Positions 41,021-51,410 of a stretch of DNA of 64,000 bases are shown here, one piece after another. Origin of the DNA: an uncultured Chloroflexia bacterium (GTDB taxonomy: Bacteria; Chloroflexota; Anaerolineae; CG2-30-64-16). Below the pieces are notes generated by a model. The model saw only the letters and a program-made list of their open reading frames with translations, searched no databases and was not told the origin of the DNA. Positions within the stretch are counted from its first letter, which is position 1. Every line of letters starts with the position of its first letter. The stretch spans positions 96,001 to 160,000 of the forward strand of contig CAWEMM010000002.1 of assembly GCA_963810095.1 (NCBI GenBank). Reading direction: 5' to 3'. The position numbers and the translations under genes were made by a program.

Positions 41021-41053
41021 AGAGACCAGGTTCCTTCAGGAAACCTGGTCTCT
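41021..41053. repeat. REP-like palindrome after argS
   Basis: agagaccaggttcct-tc-aggaaacctggtctct. Confidence 0.7.
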
Positions 41054-41065
41054 CCTCGGACGGAA

Positions 41066-42756
41066 TCACATCGTGTCCGGAGCCGAGACGCCCAGCAGGG
41101 TCAACACGCGTGCGAAAACGGCCTTCGTGGCCGCTATCAGGCGCAACCGGGCGCGAGACAGTTCAGCATCGGCCGGGTCAGATGAGACAACCCGGCAGTC
41201 GCGATAGAAGCCGTGGAATACGGCGGCCAGCTCCTGGGCATAGAACGCCAGGGTATGTGGCGCCAGCTGCAGAGCAGCCTTTTCGATGATCTCGGGCAGG
41301 TCGGCCATCTTGCGAAGCAGGGTTAATTCCGCCGGGTGGGTCAGAAGGGCCAGCTCGCCGGCGTCCCACTGTTCCTTCGTGAACCCCCGCTCGGCCGCCG
41401 TCCGCAGGATGCTGTTCATCCGGGCGTGTGCATATTGCACATAGAAGACGGGGTTCTCGTCGTTCTGCTGCAATGCAAGATTCAGATCGAAGTCGATGAC
41501 CGACTGGTTGGCCCGCGTGAGCAGGAGGAAGCGCACCGCGTCCTTGCCGACTTCTTCGACTACCTCGTCGATCGTGATGATGTCGCCCGACCGCTTGGAG
41601 AGCTTGACTTCCTTGCCGTCGCGGTACAGGCGCACCAGGTCGTAAAGCAGAATGTCGAGCCGGCTCGCTTCGAGGCCGAGCGCCATCATCAGGTAGGGCA
41701 TCCGCCGCGCCTGGTTCTGGTGATCCACGGCCCACACGTCGATAACGCGATCGAAGCCGCGCATGACGAACTTGTTGTAGTGATAGGCGACGTCGGATGC
41801 GTAGTAGCCCGGCTGCCCGCTCGAGCGCACCAGCACCTCGTCGCGATCCGGCGCCAGAATTGGAGGTGAGCAGCCACTCTGCGCCGTCGCGCACCGTCGT
41901 CTGCCCCTCGGCCCGCAGCGCAGCCAGCACCTGGTCCCAGATGCCGTCCTCGTACAGGCTCTTCTCCGAGTACCAACAGTCAAAGTGGATGTCGAGCAGG
42001 TCGACCGAGCGGCGAATCCAGGCCAGGACCAGCTCGAGGCCGATCTTACCGAGCGCGTCGACGGCTGCTTCCGGGTCGAGCTTAAGGAACTGGTTGCCAT
42101 GCGTCGGCCGTACCAGGCGCGCCAGGTCGACCATGTACTCACCCTGGTAGTGGTGCTGCTCGAGGGGCGCATCCACGCCGAACAGCCTGCTGGTAGCGGC
42201 GGTAGAGGGTCTCCGCGAAGGTCCGCATCTGCGTGCCCGCGTCGTTCAGATAGTATTCGCGTTGGACCTGCCAGCCGGCCGCTTCGAGCACCCGGGCCAC
42301 CGCATCGCCGAGCACCGCGTTGCGGGCCGAGCCCATGTGTAAGGGCCCGGTCGGGTTGGCGCTGATGAATTCCACCTGGCATGTGCGGCCGTGGCCCAGG
42401 TCTACATTGCCGTAGGGGCTGCCCGCGGTGGCGCCCTGCTCGACCGCAGGTACCAGCTGTGCCAGCCAGCGGTCGCTCAGCCGGAAGTTGATGAAGCCCG
42501 GCGGCAGGACCTCGGCCGAGGCATAGACCTCAGACGGCGCGAGGTGCTTCACGATCGCCTGGGCAATAGCAAGTGGCGCCATCCGGGCGACCTTGGCCGC
42601 CTGCATGGCCACCGTGGACGAGTAATCGCCGTGCTTAGGGTCTTTGGGCCGGCTCATTTCGAGCGCGGGGATGTCGAAGGCGGGCAGATCGCCCGCAGCC
42701 TGCGCGGTGCGAGCGGCCGCGGCGACCAGTTCCGCGAGTTGATTGCGTACAAGCAC
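41066..42756 (-). CDS. argS: arginine--tRNA ligase; indels
   Basis: HGDY, GFINF, EFISANPTGPLHMG, EYYLNDAG.Q, LSKRSG, NPVFYVQYAHAR, GVSAPDTM. Confidence 0.95.
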
Positions 42757-42778
42757 GAGAAGCTACTCCGAAAGTGGT

Positions 42779-42826
42779 TCTTGGGCAGGGCAGCGGCGCC
42801 CATGGGCGCCGCTGCCCTGCCCAAGA
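42779..42826. repeat. perfect 48-bp palindrome with no spacer
   Basis: tcttgggcagggcagcggcgccca|tgggcgccgctgccctgcccaaga. Confidence 0.9.
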
Positions 42827-42827
42827 G

Positions 42828-45661
42828 CTAGACAGCACTCTGGTCGAACCAGTTGAGCCCGTATTCCATGTCGACCTTGAGCGGCGCGTCGAGTTCGTAA
42901 GCGCCCTCCATGGTTTCCTTGACGATTGCGGCCACTTGCCGCAGCTCTTCCTCGGGCGTCTCGAGCACGAGCTCGTCGTGCACCTGCAAGGTCATCCGGG
43001 CCTTTAGCCCCTCTGCCTTCAACCGCCGGTGCAAGCTGATCATGGCCATCTTAATGATGTCGGCGGCCGTGCCCTGAATCGGGTGGTTGATGGCCGCCCG
43101 CTCGGCTGCCTGGCGCATGTTGTACGCCTGCGCCGACGTGTGCTGTCGTCTTGAGCACCGGGAAGTAGCGCCGCCGGCCCAGCAACGTCTCGACATAGCC
43201 CTGCCGCCGCGCCAGCGCCGTCGTCTCCTCGATGTACTTCTTGACGCCCGGGTACGTGGCGAAGTAACGGTTCATGAAATCGCCCGCTTCGGACCGGCTC
43301 AGGCCCGTGCGTTGTGCCAGTCCAAATGCCGTGACGCCGTAGGAGGTCGCGAAGTTCATCATCTTGGCAACCGCCCGCTGTTCCTTGGTCACCTGGCTGA
43401 GCGGCACCCCGTACACCTTCGCCGCGGCGGAGGCATGGATGTCTTCGCCCCGGGCGAATGCGGCGAGCATGTACTCGTCCTGCGTGATGTGCGCCAGGAT
43501 GCGCAGCTCGACCTGCGAGTAGTCCGCCGACAGCAGCACGAAACCGGGCTCCGCGATGAACGCCTTGCGGATCTCCCGGCCAATATCAGAGCGAATCGGG
43601 ATGTTCTGCAGGTTCGGGTTGCTCGAGCTCAAGCGCCCCGTCTCCGCGCCTGACTGGTTAAACGAAGTGTGGACCCGCCCGGTACGCGGATTCACCAAAG
43701 TCGGTAGCGCGTCGACATATGTGCCAAGCAGCTTGGTGAGCTGCCGCTGCTCCAGGATCAAGTCGACGATCTCGTGGCGCCCCCGCAGGCCCTCCAGCAC
43801 GTCGGCGGCGGTGGAGTACGCGCCGGCCTGCGTCTTCTTCAGTCCGTCGGTGGGCAGGGCCAGCTTGCCAAACAGGATGTCTGACAGCTGCTGCGTCGAG
43901 TTCACGTTGAAGGCGATGCCGGCGATCTCCTGGATCTCGCGCTCCAGCTTGCGCACGCGTGCCGTCAGCTCAACCGACATCTGCTTGAGGAAGTCCACGT
44001 CGACCTTGACGCCGCTCCGTTCGATGTCGACAAGCACGGGCACCAACGGCATTTCGACGTTGCGGAGCAAGTTGTCCAGGCCCTTCTCGGTCACCTCAGG
44101 CAGCAGCACTTCAGCCAGGCGCATCGTCATCGCGGCGTCGGCCCCGGCATACGCGCCCGCGGTCGCGGCGGGCACCTGGTCCATCGTGATCTGCGCCTTG
44201 CCCGTCCCGATCAGGTCTGTGATGCGGGTCATTTCGGTCTTCAAGCCGGGTCCAGACGAGATCCTTCAGACCCAGCCCACGCAAGCCCGGATCGATCAGC
44301 CAGGCAGCGATCATCGTGTCGATCAGCTGGCCCGCCACCTGCAGGTCATACCGGTCCAGGATGCCGATATCATAGGACGCGTTGTGCGCGATCTTTTCGG
44401 TGTCCGGGTTCTGGAAAGCAGGCAACAGCGCAGCCTTGACCGTGTCCCAGGGGAGGCAGGACGTGTCGCTGTGGCCGAGCGGGATGTACGCGGCCTGGTC
44501 CAATGCGGGGCCCCAGGCCACGGCAAGCCCCACGAGTTCGGCCGCGTAGGGGTCGGTGCCGGTCGTCTCCGTGTCGAAGGCGATCCGGGGTGCGGCCGCC
44601 AACTGCTCGGCCACTTCGATCAGCGCGGGTGCCTGCAGCACGAGGAGGGGCGTTGGGCCGGGCTGTGCGGGAAGCTGCGCCGCGCCGCTGGCGCTGGCGC
44701 CCGCCGGCAAGGCATCCTGTTCAAAGAGCGCCATCTGCGCCCCGCCCTCCGTGGCGACGGCGGGCGAGGCAGCGGGTTCTGGCGCGGCGGGTCCCTGCTC
44801 GGCCGGGGGCAGCGCGTTCGCGAGCGAGCGAAACGCCAGCTCCTGGAAAATAGCGACCACCTTGGCCCGATCGTAGCGCCGGGTGTGGCACGCTTCCAGG
44901 TCGAGCTGCACCGGGACGTCCGTGACGATCTGGCCCAGCTTGCGGCTCAGCTCGGCATCGGCCCGGCCCGCTTTGAGCGCGGTCTGCAGCCGGTTAGGCT
45001 GCACGTTGTCAAGGTCCGCATAGACCGCGTCCAGCGTGCCATAGCGCTGGAGCACGTCGGTTGCGCCCTTCTCGCCGATGCCCTTCACGCCCGGAATATT
45101 GTCCGACTTGTCGCCGATCAGCGCTTTGTAGTCGACCAACTGGTTCGGCTCGAGCCCGTACTTGGCCTTCACGGATTCGGGCGTGTAGTAGATCGTATCG
45201 GAGAACGTGCGCCCCGAGGTGAGTACGGTGATGTGGTCGTCCACCACCTGCAGGATGTCGCGGTCGCCGGTGACGATGATGGTATCGACCCCGTGTGCCT
45301 CCGCCTGGAGCGCCAGGGTCGCGAGGATGTCGTCGGCCTCGTAAGGCTCCAGCTCAAAAATGGGGATATTGAGCGCCTCGACGATTTGCTTGATACGCTC
45401 GACCTGCGTGTGGAGCTCGTCGGGCGTGCGTTCGCGATGCCCCTTGTACGCCTCGTACAGATCGTGGCGAAAGGGCCGCCCGAGGTCGAAGGACACGGCC
45501 ACATATTCCGGCTTCTGCTCCTGCAGCACCTTGAGCAGCATGCTCATGAAGCCGTAGACCGCGTTGGTCAGTTCGCCCGTGGGCGCGCTCATATCGGGCG
45601 GCAGCGCATGGAAGGCGCGGAACGCCAGGCTGTGGCCGTCGATCAGGACGAGCTTCGGCAT
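42828..45661 (-). CDS. polA: DNA polymerase I; indels
   Basis: IDGHSLAFRAF, EADD, GDKSDNIPGV, 3'-exonuclease DTET/HNASYD/YAGAD, TGRLSS.NPNLQNIP, ADYSQVELR, QVHDEL. Confidence 0.96.
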
Positions 45662-45931
45662 GTTAAGCCTTGCTGGGCTCGGGTTCGCGTTCCGAAGCGG
45701 CTTCTTGGTGTACTTGCCCTTGCGCGGCTGGAACTTTTCGACCTTGATCTTGCCCGCATTGACGAGGGCGTTGACCTGCGCCAACTCGAGCGCGCAGCCC
45801 GTAATGCGAATCGTGCGCCCGGCGTCGAGCCGCATCACGCCGCTGTCCAGTTCCAGAAGGAAATTGTCCTTCGAAGCGTTTGTCAGCTCGACGATATCGT
45901 CTGGTTTCCAGGTAATAGTTGGGTAAGCCAT
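45662..45931 (-). CDS. small (~90 aa) hypothetical protein upstream of, and in frame with, polA
   Basis: MAYPTITWKPDD...; Shine-Dalgarno ggag; upstream promoter; a TAA lies one frame off just before the polA ATG. Confidence 0.55.
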
Positions 45932-45965
45932 GCTGCTATCTCCGCAAAGATTAAAACCAGGTTAC

Positions 45966-45994
45966 ATTTTACCTTCGCAGGGCGGATTCGTCAA
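45966..45994 (-). promoter_or_regulatory. sigma70 promoter of the hypothetical-polA(-argS) unit
   Basis: Minus strand TTGACG-17 bp-TAAAAT. Confidence 0.65.
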
Positions 45995-46050
45995 CGCTAC
46001 TGCCGCGCTCCGCGCCGCGCTCCGGGCGCAGTTTAGGTTTTCGGCGTACC

Positions 46051-46550
46051 GGCTTGGAGCGCGAAGCCACGAAGCGTAGCGAAGACGCGAAGAGCGAAGG
46101 CCAGCGCCCCGACGTGCGTTCTTCGCGCACTTCGCGCTTCGTGATCTTCGTTCACCTTCGCGTCTTCGCGTTCCAGACCGCCTGGCGTTGGGCGAAATCT
46201 TGCACCCTGGTGGGCGTGGCGGCTTGGAGCACGAAGCCACGAAGCGCAGTGAAGCCGCGAAGCACGAAGGCGGGCGCCCCGACGTGCGTTCTTCGCGCAC
46301 TTCGCGCTTCGTGATCTTCGTGCTCCTTCGCGTCTTCGCGTTCCAAACCGCCCCGCGTTGCGCGAAATCTCTTGCACCCCGGTGGGCGTGGCGGCTTGGA
46401 GCACGAAGCCACGAAGCGCAGCGAAGCCGCGAAGACGAAGGCGGGCGCCCCGACGTGCGTTCTTCGCGCACTTCGCGCTTCGTGATCTTCGTGTTACCTT
46501 CGCGTCTTCGCGTTCCAAACCGCCCCGCGTTGGGCGAAATCTTGCACCCT
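46051..46550. repeat. tandem array of three ~170-bp hairpin units
   Basis: Units begin ggcttggagc at 46051, 46221 and 46393; each has cgaag-rich left and cttcg-rich right arms. Confidence 0.92.
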
Positions 46551-46560
46551 GTTCGTGGTG

Positions 46561-48242
46561 CTAACCAGGGGCGACGACGAGCGGCAGGTAGAGGCCGAAC
46601 CGGGGCCCCGGCAAGGTCGTTGCCGGTGTTACGGCGTGGGCGTGCGAGGGCAGGCTGGCGTGGGGGTGCCGGACGGCGCGACGGTGGGGGTCACAGACGG
46701 CGTCATGCTCGCCGTTGCCGTGTCCGTGGCTGAGACGGACGGGGTGGGAGTCGGCGTGGGCGTTTCCGACCCTGGCCCCGCTCCGCCTTGTCCGAGGTAC
46801 GCAAACGCAGCGCCGGCGTTCTGCGTGTTTGCGTCATACTCGGGCGCGCCGACGAGGAGGTCGCCCCGGCCATCGCCGTTCACGTCGCCCGCGCCGCTCG
46901 CTGCTGCGCCGAGGTAAGTGTAGGCGAGGTCCGACTCGATCAACAAGGCCGGCTCGGACCGCGGGCCGCCAGACGAGCCATAGTAGACGAAGGCGACGCC
47001 TTCGTCGGCCTGGCCCCGGTCCATCCTGGGTGCGCCGGCAACAATGTCGCCGTAACCATCGCCGTTCATATCCCCTGCGCCCGCCGCGGCGTATCCGAAG
47101 TCCGCGCCGGGCTGACCGCTTCCTGCGGTCCAGTTCGCGGCAAGGCCGGGGCCACCCGGCGCGCCGTAGTACACGAGCACCCGGCCCGCGCCCGTGTCCC
47201 AGCCGGGCGCGCCGAGGATGATATCGTCGATGCCGTCGCCGTTTACGTCGCCCGCAGCCGGCCGGCCACGGCCCAGCTTTGCGCCGGCCTGATTGCTCTC
47301 CGTGACCCAGCCGGGTGATGTTTGGAGGCCGTTCGGCGAGCCGTAGTAGAGATAGGCGCGGCCCTCGCCGGCTTGGTCCGAGCTGTATTGCGGCGCCGAA
47401 ACCACGACATCGGCGTACCCGTCGCCGTTCACGTCGCCCGCCCCGCCCGTTGCCCCATCGCCGAAGTAACCCTTCGCTTGATCGCCCGTGGCCGTCCAGC
47501 AGGGAGAGGGACCCAAGCCTGCGGCTGAGCCGCACCAGGCATACACCTTGCCTTGCGCCCAGCCGAGCCCGGCGTTCATGCCGTAGGCGCCGGCGATCAC
47601 GTCGTCAAAGCCGTCACCGTTGACGTCGCCCGCCTTGTCGATCGCGCTGCCCAGGTACGCGTGCCACTTCTCGCCCGTGGCCGTCCAGTCCGGCTTCGCG
47701 CTCAGTCCTGCGGCAGAACCATAGAAGAGGTACGCGCGGCCTTGGCCCTCGCTGGTGCCTGTGAAGCCCGGCGCGCCCAGCAGCACGTCGTCGTAGCCGT
47801 CGCCGTTCACGTCGCCGGCCCCGCTCACCCGCAGGCCCGGGTCGCCGCTGGCAATGCCGGTGTAGGTCCACGCCGGTGAAGGGCGCAACCCGGCCGCCGA
47901 GCCATAGAAAACAAACGCCGCACTGGCGCCCGTAATCCCGTGAACTGGTTCCGCCACGATCACGTCCGCGTAGCCATCTCCGTTGACGTCGCCGGCCGCG
48001 CTCACGGAAGCGCCGAGGTTGCGGCCCCAGTCGCCCACGATCATCCAGTTCGGGGGCGGCCGCGGGGTGGGGAAGGGCGTCGGCGTATTCGTGGGGGTGC
48101 GGGTCAGGGTCGGGGTTGCGCTGAGATTGGGTGTGTTGGTGGGCGAGCCGCCGCCCTCCGGTGCGACCGCGCCCGACGGCGCGGGGGCCAGCACGAGCAG
48201 GAGCGCCAGCAAGCCGACTGCAGCCAGGAGCCACTTGATCAT
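46561..48242 (-). CDS. secreted FG-GAP (integrin-alpha-like beta-propeller) protein with PT linkers; tail probably frameshifted
   Basis: Signal peptide; 7 x AGD(V/M)NGDG..D....(A/E)(P/Y); alternative frame ends ...GLYLPLVVAPG* at 46561. Confidence 0.88.
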
Positions 48243-48541
48243 AGCCTATCTCCAGTCCGGCGCGGCGCCAGACCCGGTTGGAGCCAGGAGGAAGGGAAGG
48301 TTGGCCGCGCTGCCAATCGAAGTCTGAACCCGGTGCGACAACGCCCTATTCATCGCGCTGCTTCATGACAGCGCGTTGAACGGGTGGCCGGGCCAAGATG
48401 AAGTCGCGAGACACTCCTAAACTAAACGCTGCGTGAACTTGCGGCCAGACCTGCGGGCCTCGGAGATCTCGCAGGTCGCCGGGTAGCAGTTTCAGCGTGC
48501 GATTCATTTAAGTGCAACCAAGGAGAAAGTGCGCAATGTCC

Positions 48542-48658
48542 CGGCGTCCTTCGACTGCGGCCCCCTGACGGGGCCTCCGCTCAGGATGCCTGCGTGCGCT
48601 TACAAGGCGCATCCTGAGCGGAGCGGGGCGCAAGACCGGCGCAGTCGAAGGAGCGCCG
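48542..48658. repeat. palindromic repeat element (ccttcgact..gctcaggatg / catcctgagc..agtcgaagg type)
   Basis: tccttcgactgcg...ctccgctcaggatgc...gcatcctgagcggag...cgcagtcgaagga nested inverted repeat. Confidence 0.75.
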
Positions 48659-48685
48659 TGATCCGACAACATCACCGTGGCTGTA

Positions 48686-48923
48686 CTTAGGCGCATGATA
48701 AGCTGCCAGTTTTGGAGGTATCGGCATTCGCGAGACCCCCCATGGATGTGGCATAATAATCATAAAGATATAAACATCTCACCATGCCGGCCGGGAACCG
48801 CCGGGGCGATCTGTGTTCTTTGGCGATGTTTATACTTTTATGATTATTATGCCACCTCTGGGCGATACGGCGCGAATGCAAGAGCATCGAAAAGTGGCAA
48901 AAGCGCTGTCGCTCTGCCATAAG
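48686..48923. repeat. long imperfect inverted repeat with AT-rich core (MITE-like)
   Basis: Arms 48748-48778 and 48825-48855 match 29/31; pairing continues outward. Confidence 0.8.
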
Positions 48924-48995
48924 CCAGACAGATGCCTGAACTCATCGCAAGGTGGCAAGGACTCGCGGTGTAGGCAAGCTCATTTTGCGACTGGT

Positions 48996-49589
48996 TTAGT
49001 GCGTCTCGCGCCAGCCGCATACTTCGATCTGCAGGTCGTCGACGGTCACGGGAAAACCGGGTCCGGTGGGGCTGCACGCATATATGCCGGCCTGGAGCCG
49101 CGCAGGGCACCCATGCAGGTGGGTAATCCGCATCTGCATCCAGTCGCGGCCATCCGTCGACCAACTGAGCCGGAAGTCGTCAGCGTACCGGTCTAGCTTG
49201 TAGTGCATTCGAGTGACGGGCCCGACCACGTCCTGGGTCGCCCAATCGGAAAACCCCTGAGATTGGTGACCACGGACCCCAGCCGGCTGAACGTCAGGCG
49301 TTTCGTACTCAACTGAGCACTTGATCCACGCGTCGCCGTCGACCCGGCACATCAGCCCGCACTGGTCGTATTGCGCGGTGGGCTGGAACTGGAACGCGGC
49401 GGACAAGGAGAAGTCGCCGTCGAGCTCGGTGTAGAAGAAATGACCGTTATCCCGGCGAAAACCGTAGTGTGTGCGCTGCCAGTAGTCGGTGTCGGGATCG
49501 GTGGTAATTCCGAGCGTCTGGGCGAGGCCCCACTGAGCCGGCTCGTGCAGCCAGCGAAACGGCTTCAGAGTCTCTTGCAGCGATGGCAT
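48996..49589 (-). CDS. DUF1349 (ConA-like fold) protein
   Basis: TDYWQRTHYGFRRDNGH, YDQCGL, WIKCSVE, SDWAT, GIYACSP. Confidence 0.85.
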   Translation of the reverse strand: MPSLQETLKPFRWLHEPAQWGLAQTLGITTDPDTDYWQRTHYGFRRDNGHFFYTELDGDFSLSAAFQFQPTAQYDQCGLMCRVDGDAWIKCSVEYETPDVQPAGVRGHQSQGFSDWATQDVVGPVTRMHYKLDRYADDFRLSWSTDGRDWMQMRITHLHGCPARLQAGIYACSPTGPGFPVTVDDLQIEVCGWRETH

Positions 49590-49639
49590 CGTGTCTGCGT
49601 TCCTTTCTGCGGCCCTGGCGCGGCGGGTGCGGCGCCGCT

Positions 49640-51328
49640 TCACGCCCCGGCCTGCATCGTCTGCAGGATGCCCTGCAGCGGGATGCGCGCCCAGCTAGGC
49701 CGGTTATTCAGTTCGTACCCCAGCTCGTACACCGCCTTCTCGACCAGGTAGGCGTCGAGCAGAAACTTAAGCTCGTCCCAACCCTCCGGGATGAACGCCG
49801 CCCGGGCCGCAACCTTGAGATAGGTCTGCAGGTAGGCCACGGAAACCCACAGGTGCCAGTAGCGCGCCCACGCCTCGAGCTCGGGCGAGGGTGCGGCGTC
49901 CTGCGACTGGGCGAAGTAGGCCGCGTACGCGGCGTAATGGAACGACCGCAGCATGCCCGCCACGTCCTGCAGGGGCGAGCGCTTCATCTGCCGCTCGCTC
50001 AAGGGGCGGGCCGGTTCGCCCTCGAAGTCGATGATCATGAAGTCGTCGCCCGTGTAGAGCACCTGACCCAGGTGATAGTCGCCGTGGATGCGTGATCGCA
50101 TGGCGTGGATCGGGTGGGCCAGTAAGGTGTCGAAACCGCTCGCGATATAGCCCTCGAGGTCCAGCACCTGGCGCGCCTCGTCCTGGCCCACTTCCGGCAG
50201 CGTGTCTAGCCGCGACCGCAGCAGGCGCATGATCCGGTCGGTCAGTTCGCGCATACTGCGATGGAGATAAGCCTGGAAGGCAGCGTCAAAAGGCTCGGGT
50301 GCGAATACCGGGTCTTCCGGGTGGGATGCGAGCGCCAGGTGCAGCTCGGCGGTGCGGCGTCCGAGCAGGCTTGCCGAGCGCAGGTAAGGGCCGATGAGTT
50401 CCTTGGCCTCGTCGGGCACAGGATCTCGCACGAGCTCGATCAGTGTGGCCTGGGGCAGCACCGGGGCGCCGCCCGCCGCGCCCCGCTGAGCGACGGAGGC
50501 GAAGTAGCCGGCGAGCGAGTCGAGGGTGTAACGCCACGCGTCGCCCCGGTTGGGCACAAACCCCTGCAGAAGCGCCACCGTGACCGGCGCGCTCCCGATT
50601 TCCCTGCGGCGAAACTCCAGGACGCCCGCCAGCGGAGGCGTGTTGGCGAATGCTGCCTTCTCTGTCAGGAATTGGCCGATCTCCTGGTCGGGGTTGATGC
50701 CCATTGCCAGCCGCCGGTAAAGCTTCAGAATGAGCCGGTCACCGAAGCGGACGGAGGTGTTGCTCTGCTCGACCCCCAGCAGGATGGGCGGCAGCGCTTC
50801 TACCGGGTCGCCCCGCAGACCGGCGAGCACGGCAGACGTCACTGCAACAAGGTCGCCGCTCGTGCCCTGATACTGCCGGCCCTCGCCGATCGTTGCCAGC
50901 AGCGCGGCGCAAAAGTCGGGGTCCCACACCGCGTCGTAGAGCACCCCGTCGTCCTCGCCTGCCTGGAGGGTCGCGACAAGGGCCGCCGGCCGCTCCTGTA
51001 CCAGGGCCTGCGCCTCGTCTCCGCCGGCAAAGCCGAGGGGCAGCACGTAGGTCTCGCTTTCTCCCTCGACGAATTCCACCTCCAGCATGACAAGGTGCGC
51101 GGTGGAAAGGATGGGCACGGTTTCGACAATGCGGACGTTACGCATGGCGCGTGCCTTGGAGCCGAACCAGCGCCGGGGCGCAATGAACTGCGGCAGAGCC
51201 GCTTCGAGCGCGCGACGGCTGTCGCCCTCGAACACGGCGTGCCAGCCGCCCGGTACAGCGAGCGCAGGGAGGGCGGGCAGTGGAGGGGAGGCCGGCAGAC
51301 AAGCAGCGCCGGTGATGGAATCTGTCAT
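49640..51328 (-). CDS. putative maltokinase (Mak/Pep2)
   Basis: RRWFGSKAR, EQSNTS, LKLYRR, RIHGDYHLGQVL, IIDFEGEP, DVAGMLRSF, KAVYELGYE. Confidence 0.9.
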   Translation of the reverse strand: MTDSITGAACLPASPPLPALPALAVPGGWHAVFEGDSRRALEAALPQFIAPRRWFGSKARAMRNVRIVETVPILSTAHLVMLEVEFVEGESETYVLPLGFAGGDEAQALVQERPAALVATLQAGEDDGVLYDAVWDPDFCAALLATIGEGRQYQGTSGDLVAVTSAVLAGLRGDPVEALPPILLGVEQSNTSVRFGDRLILKLYRRLAMGINPDQEIGQFLTEKAAFANTPPLAGVLEFRRREIGSAPVTVALLQGFVPNRGDAWRYTLDSLAGYFASVAQRGAAGGAPVLPQATLIELVRDPVPDEAKELIGPYLRSASLLGRRTAELHLALASHPEDPVFAPEPFDAAFQAYLHRSMRELTDRIMRLLRSRLDTLPEVGQDEARQVLDLEGYIASGFDTLLAHPIHAMRSRIHGDYHLGQVLYTGDDFMIIDFEGEPARPLSERQMKRSPLQDVAGMLRSFHYAAYAAYFAQSQDAAPSPELEAWARYWHLWVSVAYLQTYLKVAARAAFIPEGWDELKFLLDAYLVEKAVYELGYELNNRPSWARIPLQGILQTMQAGA

Positions 51329-51410
51329 GGGTCCTTACCTCCGTTTACGCAAATGCTTCGAGACTTGGAACACAACCGAAGGGCGGTGCAAACCAATCCA
51401 GGTGGGCGGC

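Noticed and set aside
46051-46550. CRISPR array or repeat-protein ORFs
   Set aside because: Units are ~170 bp with no unique spacers and no cas genes nearby. The periods (170 and 172) are not multiples of 3, so the repeated ORF translations are shadows.
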